Program-made: the position numbers and the translations under genes
In this document: one piece after another, positions 28,865-37,789 of the stretch
Layout of the letters: every line of letters starts with the position of its first letter
Position numbering within the stretch: position 1 is the stretch's first letter
Notes under the pieces: model-generated
The model's database searches: none
Told to the model about the DNA's origin: nothing
The model's input: only the letters and a program-made list of their open reading frames with translations
Origin: Treponemataceae bacterium
GTDB lineage: Bacteria > Spirochaetota > Spirochaetia > Treponematales > Rectinemataceae
Assembly (NCBI GenBank): GCA_963667725.2
Contig: CAXXHO010000004.1
Span: 1 to 64,000, forward strand
Direction: 5' to 3'
Length of the DNA: 64,000 nt

Positions 28865-29311
28865 TCACTGGCTTTCGATTGTTCTCATGATATCCCCGAG
28901 TTTTAACTTGGAAGGATCCATAAGGGAGAGGTCACGGAAATATTCGCGGTAGTAACCGCGGTCGCGAGCCAGGAGACGATCGGCATTCAAACGCGCGTGG
29001 GCAGCGATTAGAAAATCAGGCAGAATGCGTCGGGACTGGCCGCGGTTTTTCAGGTACGAAGCGTAGATCGAGCCTGCGAGCGTGGCGCTCTCAAGGGAGG
29101 AAGGCAGGAAGTCTAGGCCCACATCGCCCAGGAAGGCCGCGAGTTGCTGGTCGGAAGCCAACGCTGGCCTCAGTTCGGCGACAACCGATTCGCAGACAAC
29201 CAGCCTGCCCGAAGCTCGGGCTTCAGCTAACGCAGCTTCCGAATTCGCTGCGTGGCGCGGATCATCAGTGAGAATATCGAGAAGCACCGATGTGTCGACT
29301 GCGGTTGTCAT
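28865..29311 (-). CDS. vapC: VapC PIN-domain toxin (C-terminus altered by the IS)
   Basis: TAVDTSVLLD, VVAEL, LPDFLIAAHA, LLARDRGYY; start ATG 29311. Confidence 0.88.
   Translation of the reverse strand: MTTAVDTSVLLDILTDDPRHAANSEAALAEARASGRLVVCESVVAELRPALASDQQLAAFLGDVGLDFLPSSLESATLAGSIYASYLKNRGQSRRILPDFLIAAHARLNADRLLARDRGYYREYFRDLSLMDPSKLKLGDIMRTIESQ
28894..28909. repeat. Right half of the IS-split palindrome
   Basis: ccccgagttttaactt. Confidence 0.9.
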
Positions 29312-29532
29312 CCGCGAACCTCGTCCAAATACGCATCGACATCGGAGATGCCCCCAGGAAGATGCCCTTTGCCCCGCCATGTTCTCAGCGCGTCCTGAGG
29401 TTCTTTCTTGGTTCCGATGATTTTACCCTGTACCAACTCGAATTCGATGATCGTACCAGGACGTATACCCAGCTTGGTGCGGATAGTCTTGGGCAGGGTA
29501 ATTTGGCCTCGTTCAGATACGATGGTTTTCAT
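29308..29532 (-). CDS. AbrB/MazE-type antitoxin
   Basis: VSERGQITLPKTIRTKLGIRPG; ATGA overlap with vapC. Confidence 0.88.
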   Translation of the reverse strand: MKTIVSERGQITLPKTIRTKLGIRPGTIIEFELVQGKIIGTKKEPQDALRTWRGKGHLPGGISDVDAYLDEVRG

Positions 29533-29625
29533 ACTTTTAAGGTACGTATTCATACTTTAATTGTCAAGGCCAGCATCAGCACGCTGGCGCAGGGCACCGG
29601 GTACCGCGTGCCGCAGCCAGGGACT

Positions 29626-29655
29626 AAAAGTTAACAAATGGGGTCAGACCCCCTA
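29626..29655. repeat. Palindrome copy abutting the stop codon of the dehydratase
   Basis: aaaagttaacaaat-ggggtcagacccc-cta; core 29640-29652. Confidence 0.9.
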
Positions 29656-30843
29656 CATTTTGCTATCGAGGAATTTGCCGGTTTCTTTGTGGGCGAACTC
29701 GGGGATGGTGGCGTTGAAGAGATCGATGAGGTCGGCGCGCGTCCAGGTGCCACGAGCACGCATGGACGCGATCGAGGACTCGAAATGCTCAAGAGCAGCG
29801 GCGTTGTAGGTTGGAGCGTTCTTGATCACGCCGATCGATTCGAATCTTTGCATATCGAGCGTTTCGATATCGGTATAGAACTCTTCAAAGTCCTTTTCAC
29901 CCGTGGTGTCGCTGGCGAAGAAGTAGACCGGCCAGCGATGACATGCTTTAAGCTCAGAGACGCGGGCACGGGCTTCCTCTTCGGTGGCGCACTCGACGGG
30001 CTCGTAGCCGCGCGCCTTCAGGTAGCGCACCGCTATCTCGGAGAAGGTGATGAGATTGGCGCCAGCATCCAGCTTGGGGAAGAAGAGATCGCGGTTTTCC
30101 CCGAGGAGGGCGGACATGAGGCAGAGCTCGCCGGACTCCTTGGGCGTGACGAAATAGCGCCGGACATCGTTGGGCGCCGCGAGCGGCTGCTCCTTCTCCA
30201 TGCGCCGGTTGAAGCCATAGAGGAGACTGCCATCCGAAAAGGCCACGTTCGCGAAGCGCGCCGTGGACACCGACAGCTCGAGGCTCCGGCGCATCAGGAA
30301 ATACTCCATGATGCGCTTGGAGGCGCCCATCATGTTGACCGGGTTGGCTGCCTTGTCGGTGGAGACGCAGAAATACTTTTTCGCTCCCTTGGCGGCGGCC
30401 TGTCGCATGGTCCTGTCGGTGTTGAAGACATTGACATCCACCATGCGCATGAGCGTCCATGGATCCTTCTCCGAGCGCACATGCTTGAGGGCCGAGAGGT
30501 TGAGGACATAGTCGTAGCCCTGCCCCGAGGCCATGAAGGCGTCGAAGATATCGCTTCCCGCGTCGATGGCGAAGGTGGCGAACTCGCCAGCAGTGTAGCC
30601 AAGGGAGGAACGCAGATCACGCACCAGCTCGACCATGTTGTTCTCGCTGATATCCACCACATGGAGCAGCTTGGGATTGCGCCGGAATATTTCGCGCGTG
30701 ACCGCCTGGCCGATCGACCCCGCGCCGCCGATGACGAGGAAGCGTGATGCCGCTACTAGACGGGACAGATCGCTTTCGCGGGAATCGAGGTCGGCGGTGA
30801 AGAGTTCGGAATCCCGGCCAATATTAGTAAGTAATTTATCCAT
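29653..30843 (-). CDS. UDP-GlcNAc 4,6-dehydratase, soluble (LgaA-like)
   Basis: GGAGSIG, LSALKHVRSE, VSTDKAANP, GASK, ARFANVAFSDGS, GEK. Confidence 0.88.
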   Translation of the reverse strand: MDKLLTNIGRDSELFTADLDSRESDLSRLVAASRFLVIGGAGSIGQAVTREIFRRNPKLLHVVDISENNMVELVRDLRSSLGYTAGEFATFAIDAGSDIFDAFMASGQGYDYVLNLSALKHVRSEKDPWTLMRMVDVNVFNTDRTMRQAAAKGAKKYFCVSTDKAANPVNMMGASKRIMEYFLMRRSLELSVSTARFANVAFSDGSLLYGFNRRMEKEQPLAAPNDVRRYFVTPKESGELCLMSALLGENRDLFFPKLDAGANLITFSEIAVRYLKARGYEPVECATEEEARARVSELKACHRWPVYFFASDTTGEKDFEEFYTDIETLDMQRFESIGVIKNAPTYNAAALEHFESSIASMRARGTWTRADLIDLFNATIPEFAHKETGKFLDSKM

Positions 30844-30888
30844 TAATACTCCAAAACATTTCACAACTAAATAGTGAATTTTTAATAT

Positions 30889-31560
30889 TTAATCCTCATC
30901 AAGCTTCAACATTTCAGGAGGAGTGGGCATGTCTTTGAACCACCTCCGCCATAGAGTTGTGCGCGGGCAGACCAACGCCCACATAGTAAGAAAAATTACT
31001 TTAAAGTAATTTCCAATTGTATAATGATTGAACCACCAAAGCTCAAGTTCACCTTTGAAAGGAGCTATCACCATATCATGATTATATTCCCTATCCCCTC
31101 CAATTCTATCAAGAACACCCTCCTCATCCCGAAAAACTAGCGAAGCAATGCCTGTCAAGCCTGGTGTCATCCTCAATATTATTTCTCTTGTCTTCTCTGG
31201 ATAATACGCTAGATGCTGCACGACAATAGGCCGTGGCCCTACAACACTCATCTGGCCAATGAAAATATTAAGAAGTTGAGGTAATTCATTAATCTTTGTT
31301 TTTCGTAAAAAATGTCCCATTGGTAATACTCTAGGATCTCTTGATTGCGTTATAAAACCGCCTGGTAAATTTGGGCTATTTTTAAGCATCGTTGCAAATT
31401 TGTATACCTTAAATTTTACTCCGCCTTTTCCAACGCGAGTCTGCGAGTAAAAAATATAATGCTCTCCTGTAAGCTTTAGGCCTATCATGATTGGAATCAT
31501 AAAAGGAAATAAAATAACTATTGCAATACCAGAAAAAAGTATATCAAAAATACGTATCAT
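30889..31560 (-). CDS. Initiating sugar transferase (monotopic phosphoglycosyl transferase)
   Basis: RIFDI, FKVYKFATM, DPRV..G.FLRKTKINELPQL.NI..G.MS.VGPRP, PGLTG. Confidence 0.92.
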   Translation of the reverse strand: MIRIFDILFSGIAIVILFPFMIPIMIGLKLTGEHYIFYSQTRVGKGGVKFKVYKFATMLKNSPNLPGGFITQSRDPRVLPMGHFLRKTKINELPQLLNIFIGQMSVVGPRPIVVQHLAYYPEKTREIILRMTPGLTGIASLVFRDEEGVLDRIGGDREYNHDMVIAPFKGELELWWFNHYTIGNYFKVIFLTMWALVCPRTTLWRRWFKDMPTPPEMLKLDED

Positions 31561-33234
31561 AATAATTACTTCCTATTCTATAGTTTTTCATTATCCTTTG
31601 ATTCCTGATCAAAATAAAAGCTTTTCAATAATATTTGGCAACCAGATTTAATTTTTTCTTAATCAAGAACATTAATATATACTAATAAACCTTCAATTAT
31701 TTTCACCTTGTTCGGAATTTAGGTTTCAAATGATCTATTATTGAATATTTCTGATTTCGTCGATGAGATATCGAATTCGATATTTTCTTAAGTAGGGGTT
31801 CCTGAAGAACCCGCTTTTCAATCTTTCAGGCCGCACTTAACAGCCACATTGGTATAAAACTTAGCCGTTCTGCCATATCAATAATCGTATCAATAAGCGA
31901 CACAAAAAAGGCTTTCGCCTTTCTCCTCGCCACCACCATGAGGTTCATCACCAGGAATATCATCATAATTGACGTCTCGCTCGTCTCTTTGAGTTTTGTC
32001 CCAATTCTATCGAGCGTATAACGTCGCTTCCCTTCTCCAAACTTGCCCTCTACTGCAATTCTTGTACTCTCGTCTTCTCGCTCAATTCTTTTTTGCTCTC
32101 GTATTCTTTCTTTGTTCTTGCCGTTGTCCTTGAATGGCCTTCCCAATTTAGGCCCCGACAATCGTATCCCGTATTCTTGGCAGTACTGCAGATTCTCCCG
32201 CGTCCTATAGATCTTATCGGCGCATACAGCTTCTGGATATCTCCCATAGCGCTGCTTATAGCTTTCTATTTGCCCTTTCAGATCTTTGCATTCGTTGTAG
32301 GAATCCCACGAGAGCCTATAGACTTCCGCCATTCCATCAACAAGGCTTAAGGAAAGCTTCGCTCCAAACTCATACATCCCTCGGGCCTTCCCTCTCGCTA
32401 TAGGACGCACCCAAGGCTTGCTTATGCTTAAGATCCTTCCTTCTATCGACCAGGTGTCGCTGCGGTACAATTCTCTTTGCTGCCGTACCAATTCTCCGAT
32501 CACCCACAGATCCTGCCGCTGCTTTCTCGAAAGCAACGTTATTCCGACGTTGTCCTTGTATTCATTGATCAATCGCAGGTTCCGCTCAACATACTGGATC
32601 TGCGTTTTCAACGCCCTTCTGATTGTGTTCACTCTCGGCTTTCTATTCCGTATGAAGGTCAGAAACTCTTTTCTCGCCTTCTTCCTATACGTTCTTGGCT
32701 TCTCCCATCCTTCCGGCATTTCATTCTGGAGCGTATCAATGATACTTTCAGTCTTCCTTCTCGCTTCATCCAGCAAAGTCACATCATGGGGGAATCTCAT
32801 ATCTTCGGGAGCGCAGGTGGCATCAACGATCAATGTCCCTTTATTCTCCGGTTTCTTTGGCTCTCCGTCTCCAGAACTAGAACCGCTATTTTCGTCATCA
32901 TGGTGTTCATCGTCGGCTTTGCTTTTCTCGATGATCAACACATTCACTTCTTTCAGGATATCCGCCGACAGTCTCTTTCTGAAATGCACCATCATGCTCG
33001 GATCGAAAGGTATCTCATATTTGTAGCCTTCATATCCCAAGAAGTACTGGAGGTAGGGGCTCTCCCGAATATCCTCTACCAGCTCTTCATCGGAAAGATT
33101 CTTCTTTTCTTTTATTATGAGAGCGCCTAACGCGACTCTCACCGGTATCGCCGGCCTTCCATTATTGGCGACGAACAGCTTTGAATATTTCTCTTCGACA
33201 TCGTTCCAAGGTATCAGGCTTGCTAGGATTACCC

Positions 33235-34940
33235 CCTAATTTCCCGCAGAATTATAGCTAGGAATTGAATAAATCTATAAGATATATGCGAATAGACATT
33301 GACGTGACGGGAAAGCATAGCTACAATTACAGCTATGAAAGCAGGATTGCGCTAATGCCCTATCGCCTACATCATCTCAACAAGAAGACGGGCGTGACCT
33401 ATGTCTACGAATCGGTTTCCCGTTGGGACAAAGAAAAGCAGCAGGCACGCAGCACGCAAGTCTGCATAGGAAAGATTGATCCAGAAACTGGAACCTTCAT
33501 TCCATCAAAGCGCATAACGCAGGGAACTCTCCAAGAAGCAGAAGCTGCCGGCACGGCAACCGCGACGATCGTGGGGCCTTCGCTGATTCTCGATGAAATG
33601 TCCCGACGGCTGGGAATCGCAAGGCTTTTAAAAGTGGCATTCCCCGAGTGTTCAGCCCAAATTCTCACCATGGCCTATTACCTTGCCTGCCAAGGAGGTC
33701 CGTTAAGCCAAAGCGAATCCTGGACCAAGACCCATGAGCATCCCGCAATAAAACCGCTTACAAGCCAGAGGGTCAGCGAGATTCTTGGGTCCATATCGAC
33801 AGGAGCGAAACAGTCGTTTCTGTCGTCGTGGATGGATAAGATTCTCGAGGATGAGTATCTCTGCTATGATACCACGAGCATTTCATCCTACAGCGCATTC
33901 AACGAATACATCCGCTGGGGCCACAACCGCGACAGGGAGAAGCTTCCCCAGCTTAATTTGGCCATGCTGTTCGGACAGAAGAGCAAACTGCCTGCTTACT
34001 ACCACAGGGTTCCCGGCAATATTACTGACGTGCAGACCGTCCATAATCTTCTGGCGACCTTCAAGAAATTGGACATTAAAAACCTGCACTATGTACTCGA
34101 TAAAGGATTCTACAGCAAGAAGAACGTCGATGAAATGCTGGAACGGAAGGATCATTTCACGCTGTCGGTGCCCTTGAATAATCTATGGATTCAGCAGGCC
34201 ATTGATGAGATTTACGATACGATTCAGGGGCCCGAACGCTACAGGATGATCGACGATGAGGTGCTGTATGTACACTCGACGCTCCATCCTTGGGGAGAAG
34301 ATCGGCGACGCTGTTATCTGCACCTGTACTACAACGCAGAGATGAAAGCCCATGCGGTCGATCGGTTCAATCGGGAACTCATAGCCTACAAGGAAGAGCT
34401 GGAGTCGGGGAAACCGAAGGCCGAAAACAAGGAACAGTATGATGCCTTTTTCATCATCACAACGACGCCGAAGCGGGGGATGAAGGTTTCCTACAACAAC
34501 GAAGCGGTCGATCACTATATAAAACGCTACGCGGGGTTCCAGGCAATTTTCACGACACGCTTTAAGGATCCTGTTGAAGCGCTCCAAGTATATCGCGACA
34601 AGGATATCGTTGAGAAATGCTTCGATGACCTAAAGAACAGCCTTGATATGAAACGTCTTCGCATGCACACCATTGAAACCGTTGACGGCAGGCTCTTCGT
34701 GCAATTCATTGCCCTTATTTTCACGAGCGCCCTGCGAAGAGAAATGCGGAAGTCGAAGCTCATTGAAAAGTATACCGTTCGAGAACTGCTGCTCGAAATG
34801 GATCCACTTACCAAGATTCGGTATGCGGGAAAGTATGGTCAGATTCTCACTGAGATTACAAAGCCGCAGCGAGAGATCTTGGAGCTCTTAAGCATTGAGT
34901 CGCCGGTTGTCGCCTAGCTACAATTTGCCGGGAATTCAGG
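33235..34940 (+). mobile_element. IS1634-family element
   Basis: 28-bp imperfect IRs cctaatttcccgcagaattatagctagg / cctagctacaatttgccgggaattcagg; 6-bp TSD TTACCC. Confidence 0.9.
33355..34917 (+). CDS. IS1634 transposase
   Basis: YDTTSISSY, GNITD, LDKGFYS, YRDKDIVEKCFDDLK motifs. Confidence 0.9.
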   Translation: MPYRLHHLNKKTGVTYVYESVSRWDKEKQQARSTQVCIGKIDPETGTFIPSKRITQGTLQEAEAAGTATATIVGPSLILDEMSRRLGIARLLKVAFPECSAQILTMAYYLACQGGPLSQSESWTKTHEHPAIKPLTSQRVSEILGSISTGAKQSFLSSWMDKILEDEYLCYDTTSISSYSAFNEYIRWGHNRDREKLPQLNLAMLFGQKSKLPAYYHRVPGNITDVQTVHNLLATFKKLDIKNLHYVLDKGFYSKKNVDEMLERKDHFTLSVPLNNLWIQQAIDEIYDTIQGPERYRMIDDEVLYVHSTLHPWGEDRRRCYLHLYYNAEMKAHAVDRFNRELIAYKEELESGKPKAENKEQYDAFFIITTTPKRGMKVSYNNEAVDHYIKRYAGFQAIFTTRFKDPVEALQVYRDKDIVEKCFDDLKNSLDMKRLRMHTIETVDGRLFVQFIALIFTSALRREMRKSKLIEKYTVRELLLEMDPLTKIRYAGKYGQILTEITKPQREILELLSIESPVVA

Positions 34941-35351
34941 TTACCCATCGATTGTCCGCTTTCAGGCTGCCGCCGAACACCATGTCAAATTGATCAAACT
35001 CAGGCGTATACTTTGGTATTCTGTACATCTTCGCCTTCCAAGTGCACGACTTTTTCATGCTTTTTTTCAATTTCCGTGCACTTTTCCGGTCCATTATACC
35101 ATATATTCCTTTGTCAGATTTAACTTTATTACTTTTTCAGGAGTCCCTAAGTATATCAATAAGCTTTCTTCTTATAAGCATGATAGTGAATTTGCTATTT
35201 CTTTTCGAATGAAAAAAATAGAAATATGTAACTTTCTCAATATATTTTTTCATGCTTTATTACTGGCTATTGTAATATATATTACTCTTCTTAATTATTT
35301 ATATATTAGTTTTATAGCCATATTTATACTTATTGAAATTATTATATGGTT

Positions 35352-36245
35352 TTACAATATAAAATTTGAAAGTACATCAGTTGGTATATAGCCTAATTCT
35401 TTTTTAATTTTTTCATTTGAAAAAGTCAATGTATTTGTTAGTTTTTCAAGTTTTTTGGTATCTATAGGCAAGTAGCCACAAGATATATCACCTAATATAG
35501 CTAGATATTTAGCTGTAAAGAAAGAAATTGACATAGGAAGCTTTTTCTTAAGCTGAGAGCTTATTAAAATTTCAAGTTCTCTATAAGAAGGATGTTTATC
35601 ATCACAAATATTAAATATTCCTTCTTTTTGTGATGCTAATAAAATAACCTTAGCTAAATCTTGAACCATTACAATACTTCTTCTTGAAGAACCATCACCT
35701 ACACTCAAATATCTGTTTGTTTTTATCCCATTAATCATAGAGCCTAGATTCCCTGGCGGATTCGGACCTGCAATCAGTGATGGCCTAATAATTGAAAGCA
35801 TTACTTTATTTTTTTTGCACCATTCTAATAATAGTGTTTCTGCTTCGATCTTACTTCTAGCATAAGCAGAATCTCCAAGTAAGGGTGTACTTTCTTCGAT
35901 CATCTCACCTCTAGATATCCCATAAACTGCTACAGTACTTATATATATTAGAGACTTAAGACTTTTAACATTTTCTAGTGCGTAACATAAGTTTCTAGTG
36001 CCGTTTAGATTTACATCATAAAACTGTTTTTCTTCTTCTTTACTTTTTGGTATTGAATGAGCTTTTCCAGCCGCATGTACTACAACATCAATGCTTGTAT
36101 TTATCTTAGGGACATCAAGAGCTAAATTTACATAATAATTAGGATTACCCAATAGATCCAATGTGAATATTTCACACTCTTTTTTAAGAAGAGGAATAAC
36201 ATTACGTCCAAGAAAGCCACCTGAACCAGTAAATAATATTTTCAT
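35352..36245 (-). CDS. NAD-dependent epimerase / 4-reductase (WbpV/CapN-like)
   Basis: TGSGGFLG, HAAGKAH, STVAVYG, YARSK. Confidence 0.85.
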   Translation of the reverse strand: MKILFTGSGGFLGRNVIPLLKKECEIFTLDLLGNPNYYVNLALDVPKINTSIDVVVHAAGKAHSIPKSKEEEKQFYDVNLNGTRNLCYALENVKSLKSLIYISTVAVYGISRGEMIEESTPLLGDSAYARSKIEAETLLLEWCKKNKVMLSIIRPSLIAGPNPPGNLGSMINGIKTNRYLSVGDGSSRRSIVMVQDLAKVILLASQKEGIFNICDDKHPSYRELEILISSQLKKKLPMSISFFTAKYLAILGDISCGYLPIDTKKLEKLTNTLTFSNEKIKKELGYIPTDVLSNFIL

Positions 36246-37441
36246 AATATATCCATGAATTTTTTTAATGATTCCTTCTGAGAATATTTGGTCTCGGCTA
36301 TTTTCCGAGATTTAGTACCCATTCTTATAAATTTCCATTTTTTGTCATCACTTATATTATTAAGAAAATTTATTATCTCTATACTTTGACTAAACAAGAA
36401 AGAATATCCTATCCCGTTTTCGTTAATCATTCTAGATACTTCACTCCTTTTGCTGCCAATATACAACACTGGTTTCCCAGCTGCCATAATATTATAAACT
36501 TTAGAAGGAACACCAAATCCTTCCATTTGTTCATCTAAAGATACAACTCCAATGTTACAGTCATTAAGTATTTTATTTTCATCACTTCTCGAGTAAGATC
36601 CTAATATCTTAATGTTTTTAATTTTTTTTGCTATTATTATTTCTTCCAATTCTTTCTTTATCGCTCCAGAGCCTTGAAATATAAACAATAGTTTCTGGTT
36701 ATTCACTTCACTGATAATATCAAATAATTTTTTTAATCCTTGTACTCTTCCGAAATTTCCAGCATATTTAAGTATAATTTTTTCTTGCATTACTTGCTGT
36801 GGTAAAGGATAGATTCGTTCTATATCTGCCCAATTTGTTATGCATTTTACGATAGCTTTAGAATTTTTTCTAACTTTTTTTTCTATATATTCATTCATAT
36901 CACGTCCACAAGTAATTATGATATCTGCTTGTCTATATGCAATGTCGTATATATACTTTAATAATATATAAAACAAATTCTTATTATTTTTAAATATTTT
37001 TGCCGCGATAGAATTTTCTGGAAATACATCATGAACCAAAATGCAAAACTTAAAATGCTTAACTTTCTTAAGAATTGCGATAAGCACAATTAAATTGGGA
37101 GGATTTGTCACAGCTAATATACTTTGTCCAGGTAAAACATTTTGATATATTTCTTTCATCATCATAAAACTTAAATATAATGCTCTTTTTGTTCTTTTTA
37201 AAAGGTCATCTTTATTGATATATTTATATACAATTTTCTTTATATTAATATCAGTATTTGGTTTTTCAACTGGCTTACCATTTTTATCAGTAAAGTAAAC
37301 TGGACTACCCGTAATAACATTAACATAGTATTTTTCACTAAGTTTATTTGCAATTTGTAAAAGAATTAATGATGTAGAAGTCTCTTCTGGATAGAAAAGT
37401 TCAGTAAAGATCCATAATTTATTTTTATTCTTTTTATTCAT
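36242..37441 (-). CDS. GT4 glycosyltransferase (WbuB/CapL-like)
   Basis: ELFYPE, TNPP, HDVFPE, NWAD, YAGNFGRVQG, VPSKVY..MAAGKP. Confidence 0.88.
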   Translation of the reverse strand: MNKKNKNKLWIFTELFYPEETSTSLILLQIANKLSEKYYVNVITGSPVYFTDKNGKPVEKPNTDINIKKIVYKYINKDDLLKRTKRALYLSFMMMKEIYQNVLPGQSILAVTNPPNLIVLIAILKKVKHFKFCILVHDVFPENSIAAKIFKNNKNLFYILLKYIYDIAYRQADIIITCGRDMNEYIEKKVRKNSKAIVKCITNWADIERIYPLPQQVMQEKIILKYAGNFGRVQGLKKLFDIISEVNNQKLLFIFQGSGAIKKELEEIIIAKKIKNIKILGSYSRSDENKILNDCNIGVVSLDEQMEGFGVPSKVYNIMAAGKPVLYIGSKRSEVSRMINENGIGYSFLFSQSIEIINFLNNISDDKKWKFIRMGTKSRKIAETKYSQKESLKKFMDIL

Positions 37442-37789
37442 ATATATATTTCAAATTTTGATATTAAACATAACATCTCTTATTTATCATGAATCACTTA
37501 AATCTTTTTCTTTATAGATATTCTTTAAGAACACGCTTTTCTTAATTCTAGGTTCTTTTATACTGCTATGTTTTAATATTTTAATCTTTTCCTATATCAA
37601 TAATCTTTTTAATTAACAACATAAAACGGCTTTCTCATTTCTACTCACCAAAACCATGAGACAAGTCACTAGGAAAACTTTAATAATCGAGCCTAGCATA
37701 TTCTTTTATTCTGATTAAGATAATTTCTATTTTTAATATTCTCTACTTGTATTAAAGTACTATTTCACTTCTTTAGATACTATATATAC

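Larger units (their letters stand above)
27504..28895 (-). mobile_element. IS110/IS1111-family element inserted in the palindrome core
   Basis: Removing it restores aagttaaaaatt-ggggtcagacccc-gagttttaactt; CC core present at both junctions; sub-terminal IRs atgagaa (27507) and ttctcat (to 28888). Confidence 0.9.
31826..35028 (-). pseudogene. IS5 transposase, split
   Basis: N-terminus MYRIPKY...DNRWV (35028-34941) rejoins in frame ILASLIPW (from 33228); IVDAT, CADKIY, EGKFG DDE motifs. Confidence 0.88.
31795..35147 (-). mobile_element. IS5-family element interrupted by IS1634
   Basis: IRs ggggttcctgaa / ttcaggagtccc; 6-bp TSD TAAGTA (31789-31794, 35148-35153). Confidence 0.88.

Noticed and set aside
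22819..29655. CRISPR array interpretation of the GGGGTCAGACCCC repeats
   Set aside because: Spacing is irregular and mostly gene-sized, the arms vary, and there are no cas genes in the window.
22819..29655. Classical integron attC sites
   Set aside because: No IntI in the window. The sites are shorter than attC and read GTT...AAC rather than RYYYAAC...GTTRRRY.
22819..29655. Ordinary intrinsic terminators
   Set aside because: The core sequence is invariant with a minimal loop, copies lie inside coding sequence and within a TA operon, and the real terminators here look different. Some termination activity cannot be excluded.
349..30747. Many long overlapping or antisense ORFs (e.g. 2536-3801, 4099-5682, 17867-19348, 24044-25099, 29638-30747)
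   Set aside because: Shadow frames of GC-rich genes; Arg/Gly/Pro-rich with no recognisable motifs.
34990..35391. 133-aa hydrophobic ORF
   Set aside because: It spans the IS5 end and AT-rich spacer antisense to the operon and is likely spurious.
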